From Bacteroidota bacterium (GTDB lineage Bacteria > Bacteroidota > Bacteroidia > Cytophagales > Amoebophilaceae), in contig JBCCTJ010000001.1 in NCBI GenBank assembly GCA_039198585.1, positions 1 to 51,567 on the forward strand: 51,567 nt of DNA. The letters run 5' to 3'. A program made the position numbers and the translations under genes. Position 1 is the stretch's first letter. Each line of letters begins with the position of its first letter. The notes below the pieces were generated by a model. That model was given only the letters and a program-made list of their open reading frames with translations. It had not been told where the DNA came from and ran no database searches. Shown one piece after another: positions 27,407 through 36,502 of this stretch.

Positions 27407-28690
27407 TCAGGAAATTTTTTTAATCATAAGATCTTCAATCAGCTTATTTGTTTCTTTTGATTGACCTTGATAGTTATGTAATAAACCTGATCGACATACT
27501 GGACATTTACAGCCAATGCCATCAATGAATTTGAGGTTTCCTTCTGAGTTTTTTTTAATGATACAATCTCTACAGAAAAGATGACTACAATCAGGATTAT
27601 TGCCAGGAAAACGACATGCTTGATACTCTGGCTTATCTTCGAACTTACCATATATATTGTCCAAGCAAATGGTACAACTTACATTCGTGTTAGGTGCCCA
27701 ACAATTGGGGCACTTAGTAGCTTGATCATCATATTCTTCGTTACAGTGAATACAACTTGTTGTCTTATTCTGCATTTCTTGCTTCTTTTCATCTTCTACT
27801 TTTTGAATATGATTAGCAATTAAGTTGTTTGAATCATTGAATTTGATTAAAAATGTTTTATTGTTTATGGCTCTAACGTTTACGCCTCTAGCTGAGCTTG
27901 TATACTGTCTTACAGTAAGATTAATGACTAGTTTATTATTTTGACTAGCATCTTTAATAATAGATTCTTGCTGGGCGGCTCTGAAGACTCTCAGTTTAAA
28001 AATAAAGTTTTCTGATTCAGGGCTTGTTTTTTCCAATATTCCTTTAAAATTTATTTGAAGACTCGCAAATCTCACACGTATATTAGAGCTCTTGTCTATG
28101 GATATCAAGAATTCTAAATTATTTACCGTTCTTCTAGCTATTTTGCCATTTTTCCTAAAAAAAGAACGTAATCGGAGCTGAGCTAATAAGTACTTTTTGT
28201 TAATGTGTATATGTAGTAAACTACTATCCTCCTTGGTGACATGGGTATTTAATTTGACTTGAATATATTCTTCTAGATTCACAATTTTACCATCTACTTC
28301 GATATTATTAATTTCTAGTTTTTGCTCCGGTAAAGGCTTAGGTACAGGTAGAGAAGCAGTATTATCCTTATTAGAAAGTATATTTAAGTTTTGTATCAGC
28401 TGGTGATTATTTTTGTTTAATATTTCAATGATTACTATAATAGTACTGACTATAAAAGTAGTGATAGAGACTAGCAAAATAGTATTAATGGCTTGTCGTT
28501 GTTTACGGATCTTCATGTTTTTTCTTTGTTTTTTATCAGAAAATTCACGATAGAAATTAACAGGTCGGTGAATATTCCTATCTTGATAAAAATTGTATCT
28601 TGCATCACTACTTCTCAGGTAAAAAGATAGATATACAAGCGCTAAGAGTAGACTAAAATTTTTTTTAACAAACACTTGATAGAGTAACAT
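27407..28690 (-). CDS. Membrane-anchored protein with a zinc ribbon and a canonical RING-HC (C3HC4) finger (putative E3 ubiquitin ligase-like effector)
   Basis: Signal-like N-terminus plus a TM (INTILLVSITTFIVSTIIVIIEIL). The C-terminus has CIHC-x10-CPNC, then CTIC-x25-CSH-x2-C-x2-C-x19-CPVC, which satisfies the RING consensus spacing. Confidence 0.75.
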   Translation of the reverse strand: MLLYQVFVKKNFSLLLALVYLSFYLRSSDARYNFYQDRNIHRPVNFYREFSDKKQRKNMKIRKQRQAINTILLVSITTFIVSTIIVIIEILNKNNHQLIQNLNILSNKDNTASLPVPKPLPEQKLEINNIEVDGKIVNLEEYIQVKLNTHVTKEDSSLLHIHINKKYLLAQLRLRSFFRKNGKIARRTVNNLEFLISIDKSSNIRVRFASLQINFKGILEKTSPESENFIFKLRVFRAAQQESIIKDASQNNKLVINLTVRQYTSSARGVNVRAINNKTFLIKFNDSNNLIANHIQKVEDEKKQEMQNKTTSCIHCNEEYDDQATKCPNCWAPNTNVSCTICLDNIYGKFEDKPEYQACRFPGNNPDCSHLFCRDCIIKKNSEGNLKFIDGIGCKCPVCRSGLLHNYQGQSKETNKLIEDLMIKKIS

Positions 28691-28824
28691 GATAAGAATA
28701 CTATTTTGCTACAAAAATAAAAAAAATTTTCGCTTTCCTAAAATGAGCACATCATTTCAGAATAATAATCAATACTTTTTCAGTAAGTTTGTAGCTTAGA
28801 TTAAGTTATTGTGAGTTCACAGTT

Positions 28825-29562
28825 ATGAAAAAAAAAGATCTTATATTTGGTATACATGCTGTTTTAGAAGCAATAGAAAGAGGAAAAAGTATTAGTAAAA
28901 TATGGATCAAGCATCCTAGCTCACATTCACTACATAAGAAAATAAGCCAACTATCTCAACAAAAAGCCATCCCCATCAGTCATGTTCCTATGGTTAAGCT
29001 GAATCGACTCATATCTGAAAAACATCAAGGTGTTATTGCCCTGGTCTCTCCTATTGTTTTCAGTTCCTTATCTCATGTAATAGAAGCAACATACGAAAGA
29101 GGAGAAATCCCTTTTATTATCGTATTAAGTAGAATAGAGGATACACGCAACTTGGGCGCAATCGTACGAACTGCTCTAGCTGCTCAAGTGCATGCAGTGG
29201 TGCTACCTCTGAAAGAGATACCACCTATTGATGGAACCACAATGAAAACATCTGCAGGTACACTAAGCAGTATGCCAATATGTCGTGTAAAAGACTTGGG
29301 ACAAGCGATTACATTCTTAAAAGAAAGTGGAATACAAGTAGTCGCCTGTACAGAGAAAGCTCAAAGGAAGTACTACAGTGCTAATTTTGAACTTCCTACT
29401 GCTCTTTTGCTAGGTGGGGAAGCAGAAGGCATAGCTGCTCATTATCTTGTAATGAGTAATCATCACATCACGATTCCTATGAATAGGAAAGTCAACTCTC
29501 TCAATGTTGCCGTGGCTACTGGTATTATATCATATGAGGTAGTTCGTCAGCGTACTCCCTAA
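28825..29562 (+). CDS. rlmB: 23S rRNA (guanosine-2'-O)-methyltransferase, SpoU/TrmH family (RlmB-like)
   Basis: N-terminal substrate-binding domain (IFGIHAVLEAIE) and SpoU motifs DTRNLGAIVRTA, LLLGGEAEGI and SLNVAVATGI. Confidence 0.8.
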   Translation: MKKKDLIFGIHAVLEAIERGKSISKIWIKHPSSHSLHKKISQLSQQKAIPISHVPMVKLNRLISEKHQGVIALVSPIVFSSLSHVIEATYERGEIPFIIVLSRIEDTRNLGAIVRTALAAQVHAVVLPLKEIPPIDGTTMKTSAGTLSSMPICRVKDLGQAITFLKESGIQVVACTEKAQRKYYSANFELPTALLLGGEAEGIAAHYLVMSNHHITIPMNRKVNSLNVAVATGIISYEVVRQRTP

Positions 29563-29600
29563 AATCATTAACCACATCCAATCAGTTTTTTGATTATCTA

Positions 29601-29836
29601 GGTCAGTCAGAAGTAGAGACGTTTTCGTTGAAAAACATTTTATATGAATTTTAGAAAATCGTTTTACTCTGTCCACAAAAAAAAGAGGTAAAGTTCTCGA
29701 CTTTTTGATACTTCTTATTATTTTCAGAATTTTTTACAATTTTGAGCAACTATTTTTATCTAGAAAAATCTTAATAGATTCGCTATACAGCTATTTTTCA
29801 ATGATTGCCATAGTTTCGCATGCTCTTGACTGACCC
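29601..29836 (+). mobile_element. MITE-like repeat, copy 3 (best-preserved ends)
   Basis: Terminal inverted repeat GGTCAGTCA...TGACTGACC. The internal sequence is collinear with 7584-7831 and with the reverse complement of 9339-9545. It has no coding capacity. Confidence 0.75.
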
Positions 29837-29908
29837 TACCTATTCTAATAGGACAAAGGATATTTGAAAGAATATTATTTTTTCTTGCTGCGCATATTTT
29901 TTCACAAA

Positions 29909-30154
29909 TTATTGTTCAAGAAGAATATGATTGATAATTTCTCCTACAGTCGCCATATTTTGCTCTTGCCCACTTAAAGAGATGTCAAACTCTGATTCAA
30001 CTTGTATAATAATCTCCTCTAAATCTTCATCATCTGCTCCTAAATCCTCTATTAAGTTTGACTCTATGTTAATTATTTGTTTGTCCACTCCTAGCTGTTG
30101 TGAAATAATTAATATTACTTTTTCTATTATGACTGGCCTTGATGCTTTTTCCAT
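29909..30154 (-). CDS. Acyl carrier protein homologue lacking the phosphopantetheine-attachment serine
   Basis: 81 aa. IISQQLGVDKQIINIESNLIEDLGADDEDLEEIIIQVESEFD aligns with ACP ...[22 protein letters not shown]. The DSL serine position is Asp. Confidence 0.7.
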   Translation of the reverse strand: MEKASRPVIIEKVILIISQQLGVDKQIINIESNLIEDLGADDEDLEEIIIQVESEFDISLSGQEQNMATVGEIINHILLEQ

Positions 30155-30265
30155 TTTTGTTGTTTAAAATAAAGATGCACAAATAAAGAAATTTTATCAA
30201 TCGTAGTGATCAATTTAACTTACATATGTATCAAATATTTCAAAAAAGTAAAATTAGTGAACAGT

Positions 30266-30795
30266 CTACCAAAGAAATATTGATCCTATTTTTTTACAGA
30301 AAAAGTCACTCAAACCTTGTTTGTAACTGAGATTGGTATCTGTCACCTCAGCTCCTTTCCATCCAGTAAACCAACTCAGATTGATCACTGATATGTCACA
30401 CCCACCAAAGTCTATTCCACCAAGTTTTGTAGGTAGTAGCGTATTTTTAGTGAATTTTGCCAAACAAAAATTAGAACGGCGGACATCGTCATTACTTAGA
30501 TCACGTCCCAAGAGGTTAACACCTGTAAATAGCACTTCTTAATATTTTTGGGGGGGGGTATTCTCAAGGTTAGCATCCGTAAAATTGACTTCTTTAAATT
30601 TTTGATTTAATAGGTTTCTCCCTTGAAGGGTTACTCCGCTAAAGTTTACATAATACAACTTCCTAGATAAAGTAAGCTGTGCAATATTAGCATCAGTAAA
30701 ACTGTCTCCTTCTAGTTTATGAGCTGATAAATCATAACGTCCGAGGTTAAAAGCCGTAAAATCAGTATAAAACAGACTTTGAGGAAAGCTAGTTG
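30266..30795 (-). pseudogene. Pentapeptide-repeat protein gene, disrupted
   Basis: Two minus-strand frames both encode pentapeptide repeats. The upstream frame reads ...FYTDFTAFNLGRYDLSAHKLEGDSFTDANIAQLTLS..VNFSGVTLQGRNLLNQKFKEVNFTDANLEN. The downstream frame reads LFTGVNLLGRDLSNDDVRRSNFCLAKF.... They are separated by a frameshift or stop near the C9 run. There is no ATG at the 5' end (a TGA lies just upstream). Confidence 0.7.
30550..30558. repeat. G9/C9 homopolymer tract
   Basis: Nine consecutive G (plus strand) inside the pentapeptide pseudogene. This is conspicuous in an AT-rich sequence. Confidence 0.9.
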
Positions 30796-30874
30796 TATAG
30801 ATTCAAAGTGTAATGGGCTGTCTAATTTTTTTATTTATTTGTAATCAAAGAAAGAATTATTGTCCAATTATTAT

Positions 30875-31770
30875 ATGGCTGCGCCCAAACAACAGAAGGA
30901 ACCCTGAGAAAAATACAACATAGTAAAGAAAGTGCTGAGAAAGTAGAAAAAAAGTTAGAAATCAATAGAAAAGCCGTGTTAAAATGAAAAATCCGTATTC
31001 TACTGTATCAACCATGGTAGAGGAAGCTATGATTGTAGCTTTTAGGAAAAAGACGCTTTTACTACACGACGATTGTTTATACCCTTTACAAGAAACAATA
31101 CCTCGTCTAACTCGTTCATCATTATATAGATGTCTAAAAAGACATGACATTAATAAAACTCCTCAAAAGGAGAGAAAAAAGGTTTACAAAAAAAGTCATT
31201 CAAAAAATATATGTAGGAATATATACATACTTGATATCACAGTCGTAGGTAGACAAGAGGGTAGAGCTTTATCTTTTTTTCGCTATTGATCGAACAAGTA
31301 AATTTGTATTTTCAAAGGTTTACAAATATCAAACAACAGCAACAAGCAAAGCATTGCTTCGGCAACTTATTGAAAAGATACCTTATAAATCAACATCATC
31401 TTAACCGATAACGGTATTCAATTCACGTATTCAAAAGCAGTTAAGTATGCTGTTAATCATCTATTTGATATAATCTGTCGCAAGCATCATATCGAACATA
31501 GACTTATTCAAGTCAGCACCCATGGACCAACCGGCAGGTTGAACGTATGAATAAAACCATTAAAGAAGCAACAGTGAAGAAATATCTTTATTTAACCCAT
31601 GAACAGATCAAAAAACATTTTCGTCTGTTTTTGGAGACCTATAGCTTTGCTAAAAAATTGAAAGCTCTGAAGGGCAAAACGACCTATGAAGAAATAGTTC
31701 GTTTTTGAAAGGAAAATTCAGCATATTTTAAATTTGAACCCAACCATCACAATATGGGTCTATACATTGA
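30875..31770 (+). pseudogene. IS481-like (rve integrase-core) transposase, heavily degraded
   Basis: Fragments lie in several frames. They include RLTRSSLYRCLKRHDINKTPQ (HTH region), DRTSKFVFSKVYKYQTTATSKALLRQLIEKIPYK, ITDNGIQFT-like and IEHRLIQV..PWTNRQVERMNKTIKEATVKKY. Near the end are AKKLKALKGKTPYEEI and NPTITIWVYTL. Multiple stops and frameshifts are present. Confidence 0.65.
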
Positions 31771-31814
31771 AAATTTTCCAATGAGAGATGGGCCCAACCT
31801 CGAACATGTAAAGA

Positions 31815-33296
31815 CTAATAGAGATCTCCTGTATTGAAGTTAAAAGTATCAATAAAGTGCAAAATAGCAGCCTTCCGAAGCAATCTTATCTTTTTCTTGT
31901 GATTGGAATTAGGGGTTATAACCTGATAGGCTATCCCTATGTACTGATTGATAGTATTACGAAGATTGGGCACCGCGGTAGTTAGTAATATCCAGTGATT
32001 GCTCAATATCGTAACGTGCAGAATATTCACTGGAGTTACTCACCATCTTTTCGAGTAAAGGTGTTGTTCCAGAACTATCAAAGCTGACTGCTTTGGGGTG
32101 AATAGGATAATCTTTCATCACAAAAGCTAACAACTGGGCCAAGCAGTCATCAAACGAGTAGCCTGCTGTAGCTAACGCATAGTTTTATTTTTGAACATTC
32201 ATAAGCACACTGGTAAAGGCGATCAGATCTTGTTACTGTCCATTGATCCACTCTTTCATATGAACTATACCTTTCATATCAAGGGAAGATATAGCAGTGT
32301 CCATATTGGTTGTAGGTATCAAGACAAGCTGCTTTTTAAGATCATTGCAGTAGATTAATATTTCCTTTTTCCCAGTAGGAAACGCCATTTTTAAAATAGC
32401 TTAGAAGCTTTCTTTTTATATGGTATGCATAAAGCCACCAGCTGTTAGTGCTTGACCAAACTGCTGATTTTTGATATGATCAATTAGTTGATCACCTGTC
32501 TTCAAAGTAACATGACGAGTAACATACTAAGCAGCAGCGCGTGGGGGAAAAGCTAGCAATGTAACTTAAAAAGATTTGCGGGTAACTTTAGTAGTTCTTT
32601 ATATCTATCATTAGGAATCTCCAACGGCTTAAGTAAGAGTTTATAATAGACCCTCTTGGAAGAAATACCAACTACTTGATCTTGGTCTTTTTTTGAGTCT
32701 GATCTCTGTAACACTGATTAGGTATTTCAGGAACCATGACCTGAGGAGAGGTAATTATATTCGGTATATACTCAAAATTATGCCTAGCTAGTTGGTAATT
32801 GAATGCATGAGTTTTTGTGTACTGTTCTTTCCATCTATACTAATTTTTACTTTTCTCTTGTAACTATTTAGAAACTGCTTATACTATAATTGTGCGAGTA
32901 GTTTGTGTAGTTTATCTTAGCTATGAATAGGATATTACGGAAGTATTTTTCTGTTTTTTCCTCATTCTTTATATCATTAACTATCTCGTTAAGAAACTCT
33001 CCTTGTTTGCTATCTTGGCTATTATGATCTTCCTTTTGCTCATATTAATCATAATAAGTAAAATAAATCGATAAACGGGAAATAGAAGAGATAAATTGGA
33101 TATTTTAACTGTCAAGTAGAGCAAAATGACCTATGATGACAGCACTATATAAAGAGTTGTTATCAGCTGGTATATGAATTGCTGCTGACTGAGGCAGCAG
33201 CTTATCCCTATTTTTTACTTTTTGCATACTAACAATAGAGAACTGAAGCAATGAAGTCCAAGCAAAAAAGAGTGCTATGCTACTAAATTTTTTCAG
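31815..33296 (-). pseudogene. Decayed gene for a secreted protein; the 5' part has an OTU-like Cys-loop remnant
   Basis: The minus-strand frame from 33296 reads (CTG)KKFSSIALFFAWTSLLQFSIVS...AAIHIPADNNSLYSAVIIG, then TAA at 33105-33107. Downstream there are only short ORF fragments in shifting frames (for example 31957-32142 and 31815-32030). Confidence 0.4.
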
Positions 33297-33584
33297 GTAT
33301 TATTGATGATGGATTAAAGAAATTAATGCATTTTACTTTAACTTATTAAAGTTTTTCAATTAAAAGAACTCGTGACTTAAGGTTGTCAAAATTTGTACTT
33401 ATGATTATATCACTTTTCACTCAAAGTATTCATTCCAGTAATAAAAGCCATTAAGATGAAAAAAGTGATCCATTTTCTGTTAGGCTGATCAAGTTTGGGA
33501 AGCGAAATGCATAGCAGCTTCATAAAAAGAAAAGCGCTTTTCTTTACAAAAGATTATTTTTTCTAATTTTTTTACTGAAATGAA

Positions 33585-36209
33585 TTAATTTTTCTTATAT
33601 CCATCGAGTATTTTTTTTGCTGCTTTAAGCATTGCAGCAATTCCTTGGTAAGACTTCCCCGAAGCAAAAGCAAAGGTAGCGCTTCCTCCTCCTTTGGCTG
33701 CTATATAGGGTGCCAAAGCCGCTAAAAGTGTTGATGCTCCTCTCTTTTCAATTCCATCACTGATAAAAATAGAAAGAACAGCTTCTTGATCTACTTGTGC
33801 AGCTAGGATAAGGCGCATAGTGGGGTAACGATTTTTTAAGGTAAAAGTAATTTGCTTAAGTGCATTTTTGTCTGGTATATGGACAGAGGCAACAGCTGTG
33901 GGCTGGATAGGGTCTTGCATCAATTGATTTTCTAACAGCTGAATTTCGCCAGTTAAAAGATTTTTTTTGAGTTTTTGTACTTCTTTTTCTATTCGCCTTT
34001 TATCAGCAATCAGCTTAGACACAGTTGCCAATGTACTAGGCCCTGGACATAGGACCGCTATCCCATTCATTTGCTCTTCTTGGTGATGAATCCATTTGTC
34101 GACTGCCTCACCAGTAATGGCTTCTATCCTACGTATACCAGCTGCTATGCCCTTTTCACTCACAATCTTACAGTAACCTATCGCCCCTGTAGCGCGGATA
34201 TGTGTTCCTCCACAGAGCTCAATAGAATAATCATCTCCAAAACGAATAACACGTACAGTAGCACCATACTTTTCATTAAAAAGAGCTGTTGCACCCATCT
34301 TTTTAGCTTCATCAAAAGGGATATCTCTTATCTCTTTCACAGAAATATTATCCCTAATCTTTCTGTTGATTTCCCGCTCTACGGCTATAAGTGTGGTAGG
34401 GCTTATAGGATCATGATGATTAAAGTCAAAGCGTAGTCGCTCTGCTGTTACTAAAGAGCCCCGCTGCTGTACATAATTGCCTACTATTTGTTTCAGTGCT
34501 GCTTGCAGCAAGTGAGTGGCTGAGTGATTGCTTGCCGTATTTTTTCTTCTGTGCTCATCTACTATCGCTTTACAAGATCGATCAGTATGCTTAGGAAGTG
34601 CTTGTGTAGTATGAATGATCAGCTCATTTTCTCGATGAGTATTGATGACTTGGATCGATTGCTCTCCCCACTTGAGTATTCCTTGGTCTCCTACCTGACC
34701 TCCTCCTGCTGGATAAAAGGGCGTAGTGCCCAAAACAATCTGATAATACTGCCTCCCTTGTTCTTGTGTAGTCCGATATCGGACTATTTTTGTAGTAACG
34801 GTAAGCTGATCATACCCTACAAAATTGTTGCCTCCTTCTGTAGTAATTACTTGCCAGTCTCCTAAATCTTGCTGGGCCGCTTGCTTTGACCTGATTTGTT
34901 GCTGTTTCATTGCTTTTTTAAAACCATCCTCGTCTATTGTATATCCTTGCTCTCTTGCTAGCAAAGCAGTAAGATCATGTGGAAAACCGTAGGTATCATA
35001 AAGTTCAAAAACCGCAGCGCCAGGCAGCATAGGTGCTTGTTTTTCTAATTGTGCAGTGAGATGTGTAAAATGTTTAATCCCTTTTGATAGTGTGCGCAAA
35101 AAATGTAACTCTTCTTGATGGATACTCTTTTGTACCAGTGATGCTTGCTCTCGCAGTAGGTTGTAATAGTTGCCCATATGATGAGCCAAAACTGGTATCA
35201 TTTCGTGAAGAAAAGGATCACGGAGGTTGAGAAAACTATAGGCATAACGCATAGCACGACGTAACATACGACGAACAACATACCCAGTTTTTTGACTGCT
35301 AGGCATAGCTCCTTCTGCAATGCTGAAATGAAGTGCACGAATATGATCTACGATAACGCGCATAGCAATATCACGTTCTTTATTTTTCCCATAACAGAAA
35401 CCACTTTCCTTTTCTATCCATTGAAATAGAGGTGTAAAAAGGTCTGTGTCATAGGTGCTTGTTGTACCTTGCAATGCCATGCAAAGACGTTCGAACCCTA
35501 TACCTGTGTCTACATGCTGTTCAGGTAAGGGGTTTAAGTGCTGATTGGCTAGGCGATTGTATTGAACAAAAACCCAGTTACCTACTTCAACAACTTCAGG
35601 ATGGTTTTTGTTGACCCAATTAGCTCCAGGAGATGCCTTTCGTTCTGCATGATTACGCAGATCCACATGAACTTCTGTAGAAGGTCCACAAGGCCCTTGA
35701 CTGCCCATTTCCCAGAAGTTATCTTGTTTCTTGGCTATAAGGATATGATCTTCAGGAAGATAACGTCGCCATATTTGATAGGAATCATCATCCTTAGGAA
35801 CTCCTTCTTCGGGAGAGCCCTCAAAAACAGTAGCATAGATTCTATTATGAGGTAGCGCATACAATTCAGTCAAGAGCTCCCACGCCCATGTAATTGCCTT
35901 TTCTTTAAAATAGTCACCAAAAGACCAGATTCCCAACATCTCAAAAAGAGTATGATGATAGGTGTCTAAGCCAACATCTTCTAGGTCATTATGTTTGCCA
36001 GAAACACGCAAACATGGCTGACTGTTGACGACACGACGATGATATGCTTCTTGATTGCCTAGCAAGATGCCCTTGAAGGGATTCATACCTGCATTCACAA
36101 ACATAAGCGTAGGATCATCATAATTGACAATCGGCACTGACTTGACCGCTTGATGACCTCTCTTTTCATAGAACTTGATAAATTCTTCTCGAATAATAGC
36201 ACTTTTCAT
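33585..36209 (-). CDS. alaS: Alanine--tRNA ligase
   Basis: 874 aa. Motifs include FVNAGMNPFK, the editing-domain HSATHLL and CGGTH, and a C-terminal DHHA1-like GGG region. Confidence 0.9.
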   Translation of the reverse strand: MKSAIIREEFIKFYEKRGHQAVKSVPIVNYDDPTLMFVNAGMNPFKGILLGNQEAYHRRVVNSQPCLRVSGKHNDLEDVGLDTYHHTLFEMLGIWSFGDYFKEKAITWAWELLTELYALPHNRIYATVFEGSPEEGVPKDDDSYQIWRRYLPEDHILIAKKQDNFWEMGSQGPCGPSTEVHVDLRNHAERKASPGANWVNKNHPEVVEVGNWVFVQYNRLANQHLNPLPEQHVDTGIGFERLCMALQGTTSTYDTDLFTPLFQWIEKESGFCYGKNKERDIAMRVIVDHIRALHFSIAEGAMPSSQKTGYVVRRMLRRAMRYAYSFLNLRDPFLHEMIPVLAHHMGNYYNLLREQASLVQKSIHQEELHFLRTLSKGIKHFTHLTAQLEKQAPMLPGAAVFELYDTYGFPHDLTALLAREQGYTIDEDGFKKAMKQQQIRSKQAAQQDLGDWQVITTEGGNNFVGYDQLTVTTKIVRYRTTQEQGRQYYQIVLGTTPFYPAGGGQVGDQGILKWGEQSIQVINTHRENELIIHTTQALPKHTDRSCKAIVDEHRRKNTASNHSATHLLQAALKQIVGNYVQQRGSLVTAERLRFDFNHHDPISPTTLIAVEREINRKIRDNISVKEIRDIPFDEAKKMGATALFNEKYGATVRVIRFGDDYSIELCGGTHIRATGAIGYCKIVSEKGIAAGIRRIEAITGEAVDKWIHHQEEQMNGIAVLCPGPSTLATVSKLIADKRRIEKEVQKLKKNLLTGEIQLLENQLMQDPIQPTAVASVHIPDKNALKQITFTLKNRYPTMRLILAAQVDQEAVLSIFISDGIEKRGASTLLAALAPYIAAKGGGSATFAFASGKSYQGIAAMLKAAKKILDGYKKN

Positions 36210-36502
36210 GATCGATATACTAAAATGGCACGTTGCTTATTAAAATAATGATAAGTTTTTAGCACTAAACAGTTTAGAGCTAACAAAAGTAGAGAAAAGA
36301 GAGAGAAGTCAAGCAATCAAGAAGAAAAATTGAGGTATAGGAATCTAGACAGGTCACCCATGGTAGCGCTTATTTTGATGATCTAGCGTATTCTTGGTAG
36401 TTACAATTATATCATGAGATACTATATACAGTAGAGCAGATAACTAAGCAGTGATAATCTTGATCTACTTATCTATATAATATATCGTTAAATGAGCAAC
36501 AA

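Noticed and set aside
30550-30558. The G9/C9 homopolymer as a phase-variation (slipped-strand) switch for the pentapeptide-repeat gene.
   Set aside because: I translated all minus-strand frames across the tract. The frame that continues into the downstream repeats has a TAA right after the tract (aaa aat att taa), and the upstream half lacks a start codon. Changing the tract length alone cannot restore an ORF, so decay is the simpler reading.
33528-33543. The palindrome agaaaagcgcttttct downstream of alaS, considered as a terminator.
   Set aside because: The stem is A/U-rich and effectively only ~6 bp long with a GCGC loop. It is plausible but too weak to call from sequence alone.
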